Made by a program: the position numbers and the translations under genes
Notes under the pieces: generated by a model
Databases searched by the model: none
What the model was told of the DNA's origin: nothing
What the model saw: the letters and a program-made list of their open reading frames with translations, nothing else
Shown: piece after piece, positions 1 through 8,741 of the stretch
How the letters are laid out: the number at the start of each line of letters is the position of its first letter
Position numbering within the stretch: position 1 is the first letter of the stretch
Virus record (IMG/VR): IMGVR_UViG_3300032668_000011
Coordinates: 55,645 to 75,644 of that record
DNA: 20,000 bases
Source: an uncultured virus (IMG/VR IMGVR_UViG_3300032668_000011)
Taxonomy: Duplodnaviria; Heunggongvirae; Uroviricota; Caudoviricetes
Strand: one strand, 5' to 3'

Positions 1-566
1 TCCAGGCCCCGGGGCAGGAAATTGTCAGTGTTGCAAGCGTTCCTGTTGCGATGGTAACCGTCGCCGTACGGGTACGGATGCATGTCAGGACCTTCGGCGG
101 CGAACGTCCATTCGCTGTCAGTGCACAGACGCTTTCCGATCGCCTCGAGCTCACGCTTAGCGTCGTACCACGTCATCCACGACCTCGGACGGGTACCCAA
201 AGTGTTAGGAAATTCAAAGCGATCAATGCAGAAATGTTTGTGCAACGTGTGCTCTGACAAACACCGAGTTGGGAACTTGAATTCTCCGCATCGACCAACT
301 TCGGGACCCATCTGATCCGGATCTTCTGTGGGTTCTCCTTTGATGTCGACCCAACGCAGGCACACCTCTTCAACCTGCGGGCAATACTCACCGTCTACCT
401 CTACCATGTCATCCGGGCACACAGACCGACCCACGTATTCATTGACAGGCACGGATGGTGTATCTACGGTCGCTGCAACACGCAAATTTTCAATCGGTTG
501 GGCACCAAATCCTGGTAGCGCGACACCCGCACAGACAAAAGCCCCGACGATTACAACTCTTTTCAT
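1..566 (-). CDS. FGE-sulfatase (SUMF1/formylglycine-generating enzyme family) domain protein with signal peptide; runs off the left window edge
   Basis: Not in the ORF track (no stop in window). Manual translation from ATG at 566: MKRVVIVGAFVCAGVALPGFGA...CPDDMVEVDGEYCP...FCIDRFEFPN...MTWYDAKRELEAIGKRLCTDSEWTFAAEGPDMHPYPYGDG...CN, matching the FGE-family 'GKRLpT.aEWe.Aa.G...YPwG' motif. Confidence 0.85.
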   Translation of the reverse strand, partial: MKRVVIVGAFVCAGVALPGFGAQPIENLRVAATVDTPSVPVNEYVGRSVCPDDMVEVDGEYCPQVEEVCLRWVDIKGEPTEDPDQMGPEVGRCGEFKFPTRCLSEHTLHKHFCIDRFEFPNTLGTRPRSWMTWYDAKRELEAIGKRLCTDSEWTFAAEGPDMHPYPYGDGYHRNRNACNTDNFLPRGL

Positions 567-569
567 CTG

Positions 570-884
570 TTATTCTTCACCTTCGTAACACCGGTCGCAC
601 CAGTCACCGCTCCAACAGAGGTGTACGAATCCCAGATCAAAACTGTCGTGGGGCCCATCGTAGTAACAGTGGTGACGTCCAAGCGACCAATATTTTGTGA
701 ACGTAATCAAGTAGTAACTCGACTTCATAAAGTGCCACTCGAGCGTCTTCGCATCCTGGTACTGCTGTGACCAGCCCAGACCAAAGAGTTCAGTGTGAAA
801 CACCCAACGCCAACCAAGGATGCTGGGTCGAGCGATACCGTCCGGACTGACGTTTCTGTCAGGCTTTGTGGCAAAGAAAATCAT
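570..884 (-). CDS. hypothetical protein (Trp-rich)
   Basis: 104-aa ORF; start overlaps the ligase stop (ATGA) and it fills the gap to the next gene. Confidence 0.6.
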   Translation of the reverse strand: MIFFATKPDRNVSPDGIARPSILGWRWVFHTELFGLGWSQQYQDAKTLEWHFMKSSYYLITFTKYWSLGRHHCYYDGPHDSFDLGFVHLCWSGDWCDRCYEGEE

Positions 885-2239
885 GTAGCTTCAATGTACC
901 TCACTCCTGCCTCAATGACCTTCGGATCAACATCAGCAGCCGAGCGGAGACGCATGTACACCGGAAAGCGCATCTTGCCGTCCTTGCTCAGACCGTCAGC
1001 AGTGAGCGGATCAGGTTGCGCCTTACACTCCACGATCTTGCCGATCCATGCATCTGGAGTATCGAGTTGGATCTGAGCACGTTCTGCGTCATTGAACCCG
1101 CCTCCGCACCGGGTGACGATGCCGTTTGGAAGCACTACGTAGAAACCTCCCCACAGTCCTTCACGCTTGCTACCGCGGTGTCCCTCATAGTGACCCACGA
1201 TGACGCCTTCGTACGTGACGAAAGGCTTCAGTTTGAGGATATTCTCGCTGCGCTTGAAGACGTACGGCGTATTGAGGGTCTTCAGCATGACGCCTTCGAA
1301 ACCTTCGTCCATGCACTTCGCGAAGTACGCCTTGAGCTCGAGCTCATTCTTCGCCATGATGTGCGGGACCTGCCGCACAGGAGATCCTTCAGGAAGAGCG
1401 TCCATGATGACGCCGACGTTCGCAGCTCGGAGACGATACTGTTCGTCGTCCTCCTGCGATTCCCAACTCTTGATGCTCACACAGTCGAAGACGTTGTAGA
1501 TGAGGTTACTGTCATCTTTCTTCGTCTTTGACGACATCAGGACGCTGGCACTCTCGTTCCAATCAGCAGCCATGGCCTCGCCATCGAGTACGCTGTTATC
1601 GAACGGTGCAGCCTCGAGCACAGCCTTGATGCGCGGGAGCGTATCGAGCACCGTGCCGTTGCGGGTGTAGAAGGTGACCACACCCTGCTTCTTCACTGCG
1701 ATGCAGCGCAGGCCATCGAGCTTCGGCTCGACACGGACCGGGTAGCTCACGGGCTCGAGGATCTTGATGCCTTCGCCTTTGACGAACTCGCTCTTGAGGG
1801 TGCATGCGAGCGCGACAGCAAAGCTCTTGACGATGCCTGGCCACACCTTGTTGATGCTCGACTCCTGCACGCCACAACGCAGGTTCTTCAGGAGGATGCG
1901 TAGGCACCACTTCTGGAGCGTCTCATTGGGCATTGACCTGAAGCGACTCTCCACCAGAGCCTTCGCTGCATTTCCCGTCACCTTCCGTGTGGACAGCTGC
2001 GTCTGTAGCGTATCAAGAAAATCCTCAAGAAATTCATCATCACTGATCTCATGTGAGAGCACGCCCGGCTTGGGCATCTTGAACTTGTTGACGTAGTACA
2101 CCGTGTAGGGATCCTGCGCCGCCACGAACACACGCTTCAGGAGCTCGTTTTTTCGATGAAGCTCCAGGATGTCGCGCTTCGCATTGCTTCCAGCAGTCGC
2201 CTCAAGCTCTTCGAGAATGTCAATGACCGTGTCGCTCAT
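881..2239 (-). CDS. lig: ATP-dependent DNA ligase (phage type, T4 gp30-like)
   Basis: Motif I EPKLDGLR (KxDG), VLDGEA, YNVFD, EGFEGVMLK, LKLK, and C-terminal MRFPVYMRLR. Confidence 0.95.
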   Translation of the reverse strand: MSDTVIDILEELEATAGSNAKRDILELHRKNELLKRVFVAAQDPYTVYYVNKFKMPKPGVLSHEISDDEFLEDFLDTLQTQLSTRKVTGNAAKALVESRFRSMPNETLQKWCLRILLKNLRCGVQESSINKVWPGIVKSFAVALACTLKSEFVKGEGIKILEPVSYPVRVEPKLDGLRCIAVKKQGVVTFYTRNGTVLDTLPRIKAVLEAAPFDNSVLDGEAMAADWNESASVLMSSKTKKDDSNLIYNVFDCVSIKSWESQEDDEQYRLRAANVGVIMDALPEGSPVRQVPHIMAKNELELKAYFAKCMDEGFEGVMLKTLNTPYVFKRSENILKLKPFVTYEGVIVGHYEGHRGSKREGLWGGFYVVLPNGIVTRCGGGFNDAERAQIQLDTPDAWIGKIVECKAQPDPLTADGLSKDGKMRFPVYMRLRSAADVDPKVIEAGVRYIEAT

Positions 2240-2478
2240 GGGTCCACCTTACCACAGCCGCCCGCGGGTTGCACAAGTGCCCGGGCAAGAAGACTTGCTT
2301 CGATGCTTGTCATGACAGTGCGAATCGCTTCGCCGTCGTCATTTATCTGAACGATCTCAATCTCTCCCGAACGTCGATCGCGATAGACGTAGATCGTTGA
2401 TCGATCGTCAGCATCGTCATGCTCAAAGATCTGATCGCAGGAGTCCCTATACGTGTCGAGGTTGATGATGTCTCCCAT
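2236..2478 (-). CDS. hypothetical protein
   Basis: 80-aa ORF preceded by GGAG SD; its stop overlaps the ligase start. Confidence 0.7.
   Translation of the reverse strand: MGDIINLDTYRDSCDQIFEHDDADDRSTIYVYRDRRSGEIEIVQINDDGEAIRTVMTSIEASLLARALVQPAGGCGKVDP
2246..2274 (-). promoter_or_regulatory. putative phage promoter for a leaderless ligase mRNA
   Basis: GTGCAA-N17-TAAGGT with TGG before the -10; ATG lies 6 nt downstream. The same motif recurs 8 times in the window. Confidence 0.65.
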
Positions 2479-2487
2479 TTCGATCTC

Positions 2488-2922
2488 CTACAGAAGCTTC
2501 AACACGTTTAGATCGTGGACTATGCAGCGACCGACGGGCGTGATGAACGTGTGCTTGACAACACGTACCTCATGAGGAACACCCGAGATTACCTTGCGTT
2601 CAGAGACCCTTACCGGTCCTGAATACATCAGTAGCGATCCTTTCGGAACAGGCGCCTTTCCATCATCACCATGATATTTTTCGAGCGGAGCGAACGGATA
2701 CACACCACGCTCAGTCGAAATCTTCATGTCAAACTTTGCCATCACTGGGTGACCGGTGACAAGCGCTGAGGCGATCTCGTTGTTCTTCAACGAGACGGGT
2801 GCTTTGTAGGGTGCCGGGATCGCTCGCTTGGACGAAATCGGTCCTGTTTGCGGATCCTTCCACTCGATCGTAGTGTCCACCGCAATCTTGATGGGCTTTT
2901 TATTGTTGGTGTAGTGCCGCAT
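2488..2922 (-). CDS. hypothetical protein
   Basis: 144-aa ORF starting 6 nt after a promoter -10 element. Confidence 0.75.
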   Translation of the reverse strand: MRHYTNNKKPIKIAVDTTIEWKDPQTGPISSKRAIPAPYKAPVSLKNNEIASALVTGHPVMAKFDMKISTERGVYPFAPLEKYHGDDGKAPVPKGSLLMYSGPVRVSERKVISGVPHEVRVVKHTFITPVGRCIVHDLNVLKLL

Positions 2923-2928
2923 AGAACA

Positions 2929-2958
2929 ATACTACCACCCGTGGAGTGTACTTTACAC
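2929..2958 (-). promoter_or_regulatory. putative phage promoter (leaderless)
   Basis: GTGTAA-N18-TAGTAT with TGG before the -10; ATG 6 nt downstream. Confidence 0.65.
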
Positions 2959-2960
2959 AG

Positions 2961-3130
2961 TACGACAATGGGCCCGTGTCTCCGACGTTTGCTGTCGTAT
3001 GACCGGGCCCTACGTTACTTGCGATAGGCAGTTCTCGCGTTCACATTCTCTTATCAAGTGACCCGCATGCGTGTGTTACACGCTGCCCGGGCGCTTACTT
3101 GTGGGGGCCAAAGCACACTCCCCCAACGTT
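2961..3130 (-). ncRNA. candidate structured ncRNA with two pseudoknots
   Basis: Intergenic region. Interlocking helices GGGCCCG/CGGGCCC with TACGACA/TGTCGTA, and TGGGGG/CCCCCA with GTGCTT/AAGCGC, plus a GCGTGT/ACACGC hairpin. Confidence 0.45.
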
Positions 3131-3153
3131 AGAACACTGTGTTTTTTCTCATG

Positions 3154-3594
3154 TCATGCACTTGTTCCTTTCGCCATGCGTTCACGATCAGGGTTCTCAA
3201 ATCTCTCTAGCAGAGGCACGATGTACTTTTCCCACATCATGTCACATACCATGTCCTTGCGTGCTGTCTTCTCGTCCCTAGATGGAGTCGTCTTTCCTAC
3301 ACCAAGCCTGTGCGTCAAACCGATCGATGCAGTTTCACTTGCGGATGTCCCCGACTGCTTCAGGACCTCATTTACCTTCGCTCGAGCTGCCTTGCGCCAA
3401 AGCTTGCGAAACTTGCGCTTGAGCGCGCGGGCTTCCTCGCGTGATAGCTGTGATAGCGCTCGACGCATGTCAAGATGAGAATTTTCCATGGGAAGGATAC
3501 CGGACTCGAACATCACCGCGTTGATGAACGCACGGTCAACGTCCCTGAGTTCGCTAAGCCTCGTGCGTTTTTGCTTCTTTGTTGTCCACGCCAT
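3154..3594 (-). CDS. hypothetical basic protein
   Basis: 146-aa Lys/Arg-rich ORF within the co-oriented gene run. Confidence 0.75.
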   Translation of the reverse strand: MAWTTKKQKRTRLSELRDVDRAFINAVMFESGILPMENSHLDMRRALSQLSREEARALKRKFRKLWRKAARAKVNEVLKQSGTSASETASIGLTHRLGVGKTTPSRDEKTARKDMVCDMMWEKYIVPLLERFENPDRERMAKGTSA

Positions 3595-4129
3595 GTCCGT
3601 ACCCGTCGACTTTCAATGCAGCTTTCAAGTGGGTCTTTATGCAGTCTGCTTTCGTACGATTGTATCTCTCCACGCTAAGATCTACATTCAAGCGTTCTGC
3701 AAGTTTGAGCCCACGTGCCCACGCTTCGAATTCTTCGTCTATGATGTCAACCTGATGAACGAACGTGCGCGTGACATCAATGTCACTCGAGCGGTAACCG
3801 TTGCCAAACCTGTCAGTCGAATCTCGCTCCTTCGTCTCAACGAGATGGTGCCCGCATTCGTGCAAAAGCGTGTGAAGTTGCTTCTCGGGACCTAGATGAC
3901 AGCTAATCTTGATACGTTTTTCATCATGAATGTAAACACCCCCGTTGGGGGTCTTCACAAACTCAACCATCACGCCACGAGTTTTGCACCACTCGATGAT
4001 GACTCCCAACCCCTCGATCGAAGGAATGTCGATCATGTACGTTGTTGACCGTCGTCCCGTTGCTACGACCTTCTGGAGTCGTTGGTACGCACGTGTCCTC
4101 CAGAGGTCCGGGTCGAAGCTTCTCGGCAC
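3554..4129 (-). CDS. zincin-like metallopeptidase (HEXXH, ImmA/IrrE-like)
   Basis: TLLHECGHH motif followed by downstream EEFEAW (third ligand region). Confidence 0.7.
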   Translation of the reverse strand: MPRSFDPDLWRTRAYQRLQKVVATGRRSTTYMIDIPSIEGLGVIIEWCKTRGVMVEFVKTPNGGVYIHDEKRIKISCHLGPEKQLHTLLHECGHHLVETKERDSTDRFGNGYRSSDIDVTRTFVHQVDIIDEEFEAWARGLKLAERLNVDLSVERYNRTKADCIKTHLKAALKVDGYGHGVDNKEAKTHEA

Positions 4130-4172
4130 GATCTAAGTACCGTTGACATCGACCCGGACGCCTCTCGTTACC

Positions 4173-5408
4173 TCACTTTGCCGCCTTCGGCGGGCTGAAG
4201 ACGCCTGGAACGTTCGGGATGACGCCCACGCCTTGCTCGCCCATCGGGACACCGAACACTCCCAGGACCGTCGAAGCGCAGTACTTGTGAATGCTCTTCG
4301 CGAGGTCGACCTTGTCGATTCCGGACGCAGTGAGCTTGCTCCAGAGCGAGATTTTCAGCTCGTCAGGAAGATCCTTGATGAGCTGCGAGATGTTGTTTCC
4401 CTGCTGTTCAGTGAGCTTATTGACGCTGCCACCGGTGACGTAGTCAGCAACCTTTTCAACAATCTCGTTGAGCTGACCTTGCTTGCGACGACCAACCTTC
4501 GTCTTCACCTTGGGATCCTGCATGTACTTGTTGACGATTTCCTCGCCTGTGACTCGATTGTCGATGCTCTTTGCGTACGCCCTGAATGCGATCGACGCCT
4601 CGACGCCGAGGAATCCCAGGCAGATGTGATAGAAGAGCTCGTTCTCCGGCTTCTCCAGGACGTCAGCGTACACGAGTGCATTGTGCGTCATGACCCACGA
4701 GCGAGGACTCGTTGTGACCTCACCCGGATCGACCTCCTTGGGAGGATACAGCCATGATCCTCCCTTCGGACGCTTTGTCGCGGCGATGAAGTCCGGGAAC
4801 AGCGGGTCGAGATTGCCTCCCTGTTCCGGAGTCTTGTCACGTGCCCACTCGCACCACTCTTCCTCATCCGGCTCGAGATCAATGACGAAGAAGCGGTCGA
4901 GCAGCGCCGGATCCATCTCATTGACCGTATAGATCGAACCTGTGTTGATCGCGCTGTACACCCGGCTTTCGGGGTGCAGCTTCCACCCATTGAGCTCACG
5001 ATCAAGGACGATCTGGAACGCTGCCTGCATGACCTCAGGCGTAGCGCGGTTCAACTCGTCTAGGAAGAGTGCAGTCGGTTCTCTGCACGCTGCCTTGTAC
5101 CAGTCGGGAGGATTGAAGCGAGTGCACTCACCATCAGTGCTCGGAAGACCTACCATGTCGCCTTCAGACATCTGGCTGAGGCGCCTGTCGGTGACCTTGA
5201 AGAAGTCCTTCAGGTCTTTGTACTTCGACATGTCTACGATCTTTACCGTCGCATCGCAGTGCTTCTTGCGAAGCAACGAAACTACCTGCCTGATCACTTG
5301 CGACTTTCCGATGCCGTGCGGCGAGCGGAGCAGAACTGACGTGCAAGGAGGAAGCGCGATAGCGACCTTCTTGAACGTCTTGATGGACATTGACGTCTTC
5401 GTACCCAT
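4173..5408 (-). CDS. MoxR-like AAA+ ATPase
   Basis: Walker A SPHGIGKS, Walker B LFLDELNRA, AIN sensor, MDPALLDRF arginine finger, SPRSW; AGGAG SD upstream. Confidence 0.9.
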   Translation of the reverse strand: MGTKTSMSIKTFKKVAIALPPCTSVLLRSPHGIGKSQVIRQVVSLLRKKHCDATVKIVDMSKYKDLKDFFKVTDRRLSQMSEGDMVGLPSTDGECTRFNPPDWYKAACREPTALFLDELNRATPEVMQAAFQIVLDRELNGWKLHPESRVYSAINTGSIYTVNEMDPALLDRFFVIDLEPDEEEWCEWARDKTPEQGGNLDPLFPDFIAATKRPKGGSWLYPPKEVDPGEVTTSPRSWVMTHNALVYADVLEKPENELFYHICLGFLGVEASIAFRAYAKSIDNRVTGEEIVNKYMQDPKVKTKVGRRKQGQLNEIVEKVADYVTGGSVNKLTEQQGNNISQLIKDLPDELKISLWSKLTASGIDKVDLAKSIHKYCASTVLGVFGVPMGEQGVGVIPNVPGVFSPPKAAK

Positions 5409-5434
5409 TCGTCGTTCTCCTGGTTGATGGAGCT

Positions 5435-5464
5435 ACCGTACCACGATGGAGCGCAAACTTACAC
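5435..5464 (-). promoter_or_regulatory. putative phage promoter
   Basis: GTGTAA-N18-TACGGT with TGG before the -10. Confidence 0.6.
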
Positions 5465-5488
5465 TCGCATGACCGTGCAACATGGTTC

Positions 5489-5518
5489 AGTGTACCACTG
5501 CGTCACGCAGCTATACAC
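5489..5518 (-). promoter_or_regulatory. putative phage promoter (tandem with the previous one)
   Basis: GTGTAT-N18-TACACT with TGG before the -10. Confidence 0.55.
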
Positions 5519-5523
5519 TTTTG

Positions 5524-5922
5524 TCAAATGAGGCGCATACGCACACGAGCAGCGATCGTAGGAAGTTCATCCGCTAGCTCTTCGTATACTTTCCACTTAC
5601 CTTTGAGGATCCTGTGGCATGTGTAGTACGACAGGCGTCCAATCGATTCAATGACCTCACGATCGCGTTCAATGCTAGCCGGCGCAATTGCATCGATCCA
5701 CAACACCCAATCACCGATTCGTTGGAATGCCGTGAAGTCACCTGCTTTGCGAGCGTCGGCGTATGCAATTACAATCGAACGGTTCACAAAGACATCTTCG
5801 TCCGTTGGGTGACTCAGCGTCTTCAACACACTCGTGACGTACGCGACTGTTTCAGGTTCGTAGTTCAATCCTGTGAGCCTGTCGGCAAACCACGTATCCA
5901 AACTCTTGATGATGTCCATCAT
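5524..5922 (-). CDS. hypothetical protein
   Basis: 132-aa helical-looking ORF in the gene run. Confidence 0.75.
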   Translation of the reverse strand: MMDIIKSLDTWFADRLTGLNYEPETVAYVTSVLKTLSHPTDEDVFVNRSIVIAYADARKAGDFTAFQRIGDWVLWIDAIAPASIERDREVIESIGRLSYYTCHRILKGKWKVYEELADELPTIAARVRMRLI

Positions 5923-5961
5923 GGTTGCGTAACGGAGGCTGCCTCCTGGCTGTGATCCTAC

Positions 5962-6420
5962 TCAATCGTCTTGTGTACCGCTCTTTTTATGTTCAGTGGT
6001 GGATACCACCTTCGTTGCACGAGCCTTTTTTGATGTGGCAACCGTGGGCCCGTCAATTGCCGTCAGGAACGGCACTGTGGATGTGAAAGAGACGCCTGGT
6101 TGTGACACCGGCGCGTCGGGGTCGATCGGCGTGCCTGTTGGTTCATCGATGACAGGAGGCGCTTCAAGAACGACCACGCCTTCCCGTGCGCTGTTCACCT
6201 TTGCTGCTGCTGGAAAGGCATGAACGAACTCTTCTGCAGTAGGAGCGACCACACCCATACGATCGCACCATTGTTGCAGACCACCGTGGGTTGTCACGCC
6301 CAGTTCAGTGACAAATTTTGCAAGCGTCGTCTTCCGACGTCTGAGAAGATGTGCCAATGTCAACTTGGGCTGGTTCTTCAAGACTACCCGACCGGGCGTG
6401 CCACGTCCTTCTCTGGCCAT
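5962..6420 (-). CDS. hypothetical protein
   Basis: ORF 5962..6540; ATG at 6420 (MAREGRG) chosen as start to avoid overlap with the upstream gene. Confidence 0.7.
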   Translation of the reverse strand: MAREGRGTPGRVVLKNQPKLTLAHLLRRRKTTLAKFVTELGVTTHGGLQQWCDRMGVVAPTAEEFVHAFPAAAKVNSAREGVVVLEAPPVIDEPTGTPIDPDAPVSQPGVSFTSTVPFLTAIDGPTVATSKKARATKVVSTTEHKKSGTQDD

Positions 6421-6424
6421 TGTC

Positions 6425-6733
6425 TTATCTATTCTTCCTACGCCGACGTTGCGCTTCGATGATCTGAAGAAGATCGGCCACTCCGTGTTGGAAGCCCGGA
6501 TCTTTTGCGATCTCGTAGACTTTCTTTTCGTCGAAGTCAACGTCCATGTCGTCAGTGAATGCCTTCACGAACTTCTGCATGACGCGCAGGACGTAGTTAC
6601 GCGCTGACGAGTGGTTCATGCTGAACCCAAGCTCTGTCATCGTGTCAGCGATCTCGCGGTAGTTGATGCCGTCGTCCTCTGTGACAGTTACGTATCCTCT
6701 GTTTACGTGTGAACCCTTGCGCAGTGTCATCAT
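6425..6733 (-). CDS. helix-turn-helix protein resembling sigma region 4.2
   Basis: DDGINYREIADTMTELGFSMNHSSARNYVLRVMQKF is an HTH-like pattern; GAGG SD upstream. Confidence 0.6.
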   Translation of the reverse strand: MMTLRKGSHVNRGYVTVTEDDGINYREIADTMTELGFSMNHSSARNYVLRVMQKFVKAFTDDMDVDFDEKKVYEIAKDPGFQHGVADLLQIIEAQRRRRKNR

Positions 6734-6745
6734 AACCTCTTTCGT

Positions 6746-7177
6746 TCACTTCTCAGGCGTTGACTTCGATGATTGTTGTGCGACGGGCGTAGCCACAGGC
6801 TGACGCTCGTGACGACTTTCCTTGATGAATTGGACCCTATTGTTGGGAGGAACAGGCGCGGAACATGCGTCTCCGACCGGCGCCTTACGTTGAGGTGGAG
6901 GTGGAGTGTCATCAGCATCGACGAAAATGCGCCTGCTAATCTGCGGTGCGAACATCGATGTTGCTTGCGTCAGTTCGCGCGTAAGCTTCTGAGCGTTTCC
7001 TTCACCTGCGTCAGCCACGATCTCTGACTGCTTAGCATACTGACTGTGCAATTGAGACTGTTGCACTGCAGGCGCAAGCGGCCTGCGAGCTGTCATGATC
7101 AGGCGGATTGATGTCGCAGTTGACAGCATCGCTAAGCTGCCAGCTGCGACATACGTGAAGAAATCCGATGGGATCAT
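6746..7177 (-). CDS. hypothetical protein with N-terminal hydrophobic/membrane segment
   Basis: 143 aa; FFTYVAAGSLAMLSTATSIRLIM followed by a Pro/Gln-rich tail; ATGA overlap with the sigma stop. Confidence 0.7.
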   Translation of the reverse strand: MIPSDFFTYVAAGSLAMLSTATSIRLIMTARRPLAPAVQQSQLHSQYAKQSEIVADAGEGNAQKLTRELTQATSMFAPQISRRIFVDADDTPPPPQRKAPVGDACSAPVPPNNRVQFIKESRHERQPVATPVAQQSSKSTPEK

Positions 7178-8010
7178 GTGAGCCCGGTGCCAGCCTCGAG
7201 GACCATGCGGGCTTCCTCCTCAGTGATCGGATACTCCGCTGAGTTCGTTGCGTCCTCTACGAGACCGAAACGAAGACGAAGGATCGCCGCTTCTTTCTGT
7301 GAGAGACCATTGAGCACCTGCTGCGTGATCTCCAGCAGTTGCTTCTCTGCAACGTTCGTGAAGGGATCGCAACCGGGACGTTCGTCCTCAACCTTATCCT
7401 CAATGGTGTCGCCGTCACCGCTCGAGGAGAGCGGTTGCTGCAGAGAGATCGTCCCGCGGCCAGAGTGCATCGTAGCCTTGACGACTGTCTCGCTTGCACC
7501 GACGATGCCCTGGAGTTCTTCCTGCGTGGGCTCACAACCCATTGTCTCGCGAAATTCCTCCGCTGCCTGCAACATCTTACGTTGCACTGCTGCTGCATGT
7601 GCCGGGAGACGAATGATGCGCTTTCGCTTCAGGATCGCCTGACCGATCGCCTGCTTGATCCACCACGTTGCGTATGTGGAGAACCTGAAGCCTTTCTCCC
7701 ACTTGAAGCGGTCGATCGACTTCATGAGGCCGATGTTGCCCTCCTGGATGATGTCCTCGATTGGGATGTTGTGTCCCTTGTACTGCTTCGCGATCGAGAC
7801 GACGAGACGGAGGTTGCACTCCGTCAACTTCGCTCGGATCTTCTTGGCTTCCGAAGTACGATCGATGACTTCGTTCTCCGCGTCACGAGTGCAGCCCGCA
7901 TCGTACTTCTTGAAGAGCTCTACCACCTCAGGGTGCTTGAGCTGTGGGAAGTTGTGAAGTGCGTCAAGGTACGACCTGACGATGTTGTGTTCTGTGTTAT
8001 CTGCGCGCAT
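7174..8010 (-). CDS. RNA polymerase sigma-70 factor, RpoD/SigA-like, lacking the region 4.2 HTH
   Basis: Region 1.2 VRSYLDAL; region 2 NLRLVVSIAKQY, DIIQEGNIGLMKSIDRF, FSTYATWWIKQAI, RIIRLP; region 3 ISLQQP; region 4.1 LSQKEAAILRLRFGL. Start at 8010 (TGATG overlap) or 8019. Confidence 0.92.
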   Translation of the reverse strand: MRADNTEHNIVRSYLDALHNFPQLKHPEVVELFKKYDAGCTRDAENEVIDRTSEAKKIRAKLTECNLRLVVSIAKQYKGHNIPIEDIIQEGNIGLMKSIDRFKWEKGFRFSTYATWWIKQAIGQAILKRKRIIRLPAHAAAVQRKMLQAAEEFRETMGCEPTQEELQGIVGASETVVKATMHSGRGTISLQQPLSSSGDGDTIEDKVEDERPGCDPFTNVAEKQLLEITQQVLNGLSQKEAAILRLRFGLVEDATNSAEYPITEEEARMVLEAGTGLT

Positions 8011-8399
8011 CAGCTCCACCTTGTGGGTCGTCCACCCGTTGCGGCGTACACGAACGCCATGTTGTCGAAGTCACCGGCGGGCAGGTGCCGCTCGTCGGAC
8101 TCGAATTCTACGCCCGCAGTCCGGACGAACTCTGCATGCGTCTCGCGCCTGACTCGCCTGACCTGCTGTTCACGTCTGACGTAGGCAATCTCCTCCTGCC
8201 ACACTCGAGGATCAGATCGACCGTTCGTTTCTGCACGGTCGAGCCCCTGCTCGAGGGCTCGCAGGTGGTCAATCATGTCCTCATCCGACATCGTCGCTAG
8301 CACATCGATGCTCACGACCTCAGGCGTGTTCACCGCGCTGTACGTGCGCTGCGTTGCGGTTTCAGTCGTCTCGTTGCGCTGCTTCCTATTCTTCTGCAC
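8010..8399 (-). CDS. hypothetical protein, translationally coupled to the sigma gene
   Basis: 129 aa, GTG start with GAGGA SD. Confidence 0.75.
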   Translation of the reverse strand: MQKNRKQRNETTETATQRTYSAVNTPEVVSIDVLATMSDEDMIDHLRALEQGLDRAETNGRSDPRVWQEEIAYVRREQQVRRVRRETHAEFVRTAGVEFESDERHLPAGDFDNMAFVYAATGGRPTRWS

Positions 8400-8495
8400 G
8401 TGTTCCTCTTTTCGTTAGGGCCCCGTGAAGGGCATTCAACGTTTGACATCTGTGTATGCTGTGAGGCAATTTAGACGTTAGGGACGTATGGTGTT

Positions 8496-8524
8496 TATAT
8501 TACACCTCCTTCGAGGCTTGTACA
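8496..8524 (-). promoter_or_regulatory. sigma70-like promoter for the sigma operon
   Basis: TTGTAC-N17-TAATAT on the minus strand in the intergenic gap. Confidence 0.5.
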
Positions 8525-8525
8525 A

Positions 8526-8729
8526 TCACTTTGTTTGAGGTGGATTCTTCGTGTTTGTGTGGCCGATCCTGATTCGCTTGATGTCATCCATCGCCCTGAT
8601 CGTCGCAAGCGCGAGCTTCATCTGACCCTGCGAACCCGAGATCACCGCAGTGCATAGCACGTCAGCAGCGGCGACAAGGGCAGCGACCGCGTCAAGTACT
8701 TCGGTGTCAACTGTCACAGTTTTGTTCAT
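8526..8729 (-). CDS. hypothetical protein
   Basis: 67 aa with AAGGAG SD. Confidence 0.7.
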   Translation of the reverse strand: MNKTVTVDTEVLDAVAALVAAADVLCTAVISGSQGQMKLALATIRAMDDIKRIRIGHTNTKNPPQTK

Positions 8730-8741
8730 CAGGCGTCTCCT

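Noticed and set aside
3140..3156. -1 frameshift at AAAAAAC upstream of a pseudoknot
   Set aside because: The heptamer lies after the stop of 3154-3594 and no substantial downstream frame is evident.
866..8184. Long plus-strand ORFs (866-1531, 4143-4757, 7339-8184 and others)
   Set aside because: Antisense shadows of the ligase, AAA ATPase and sigma genes, with no recognisable motifs.
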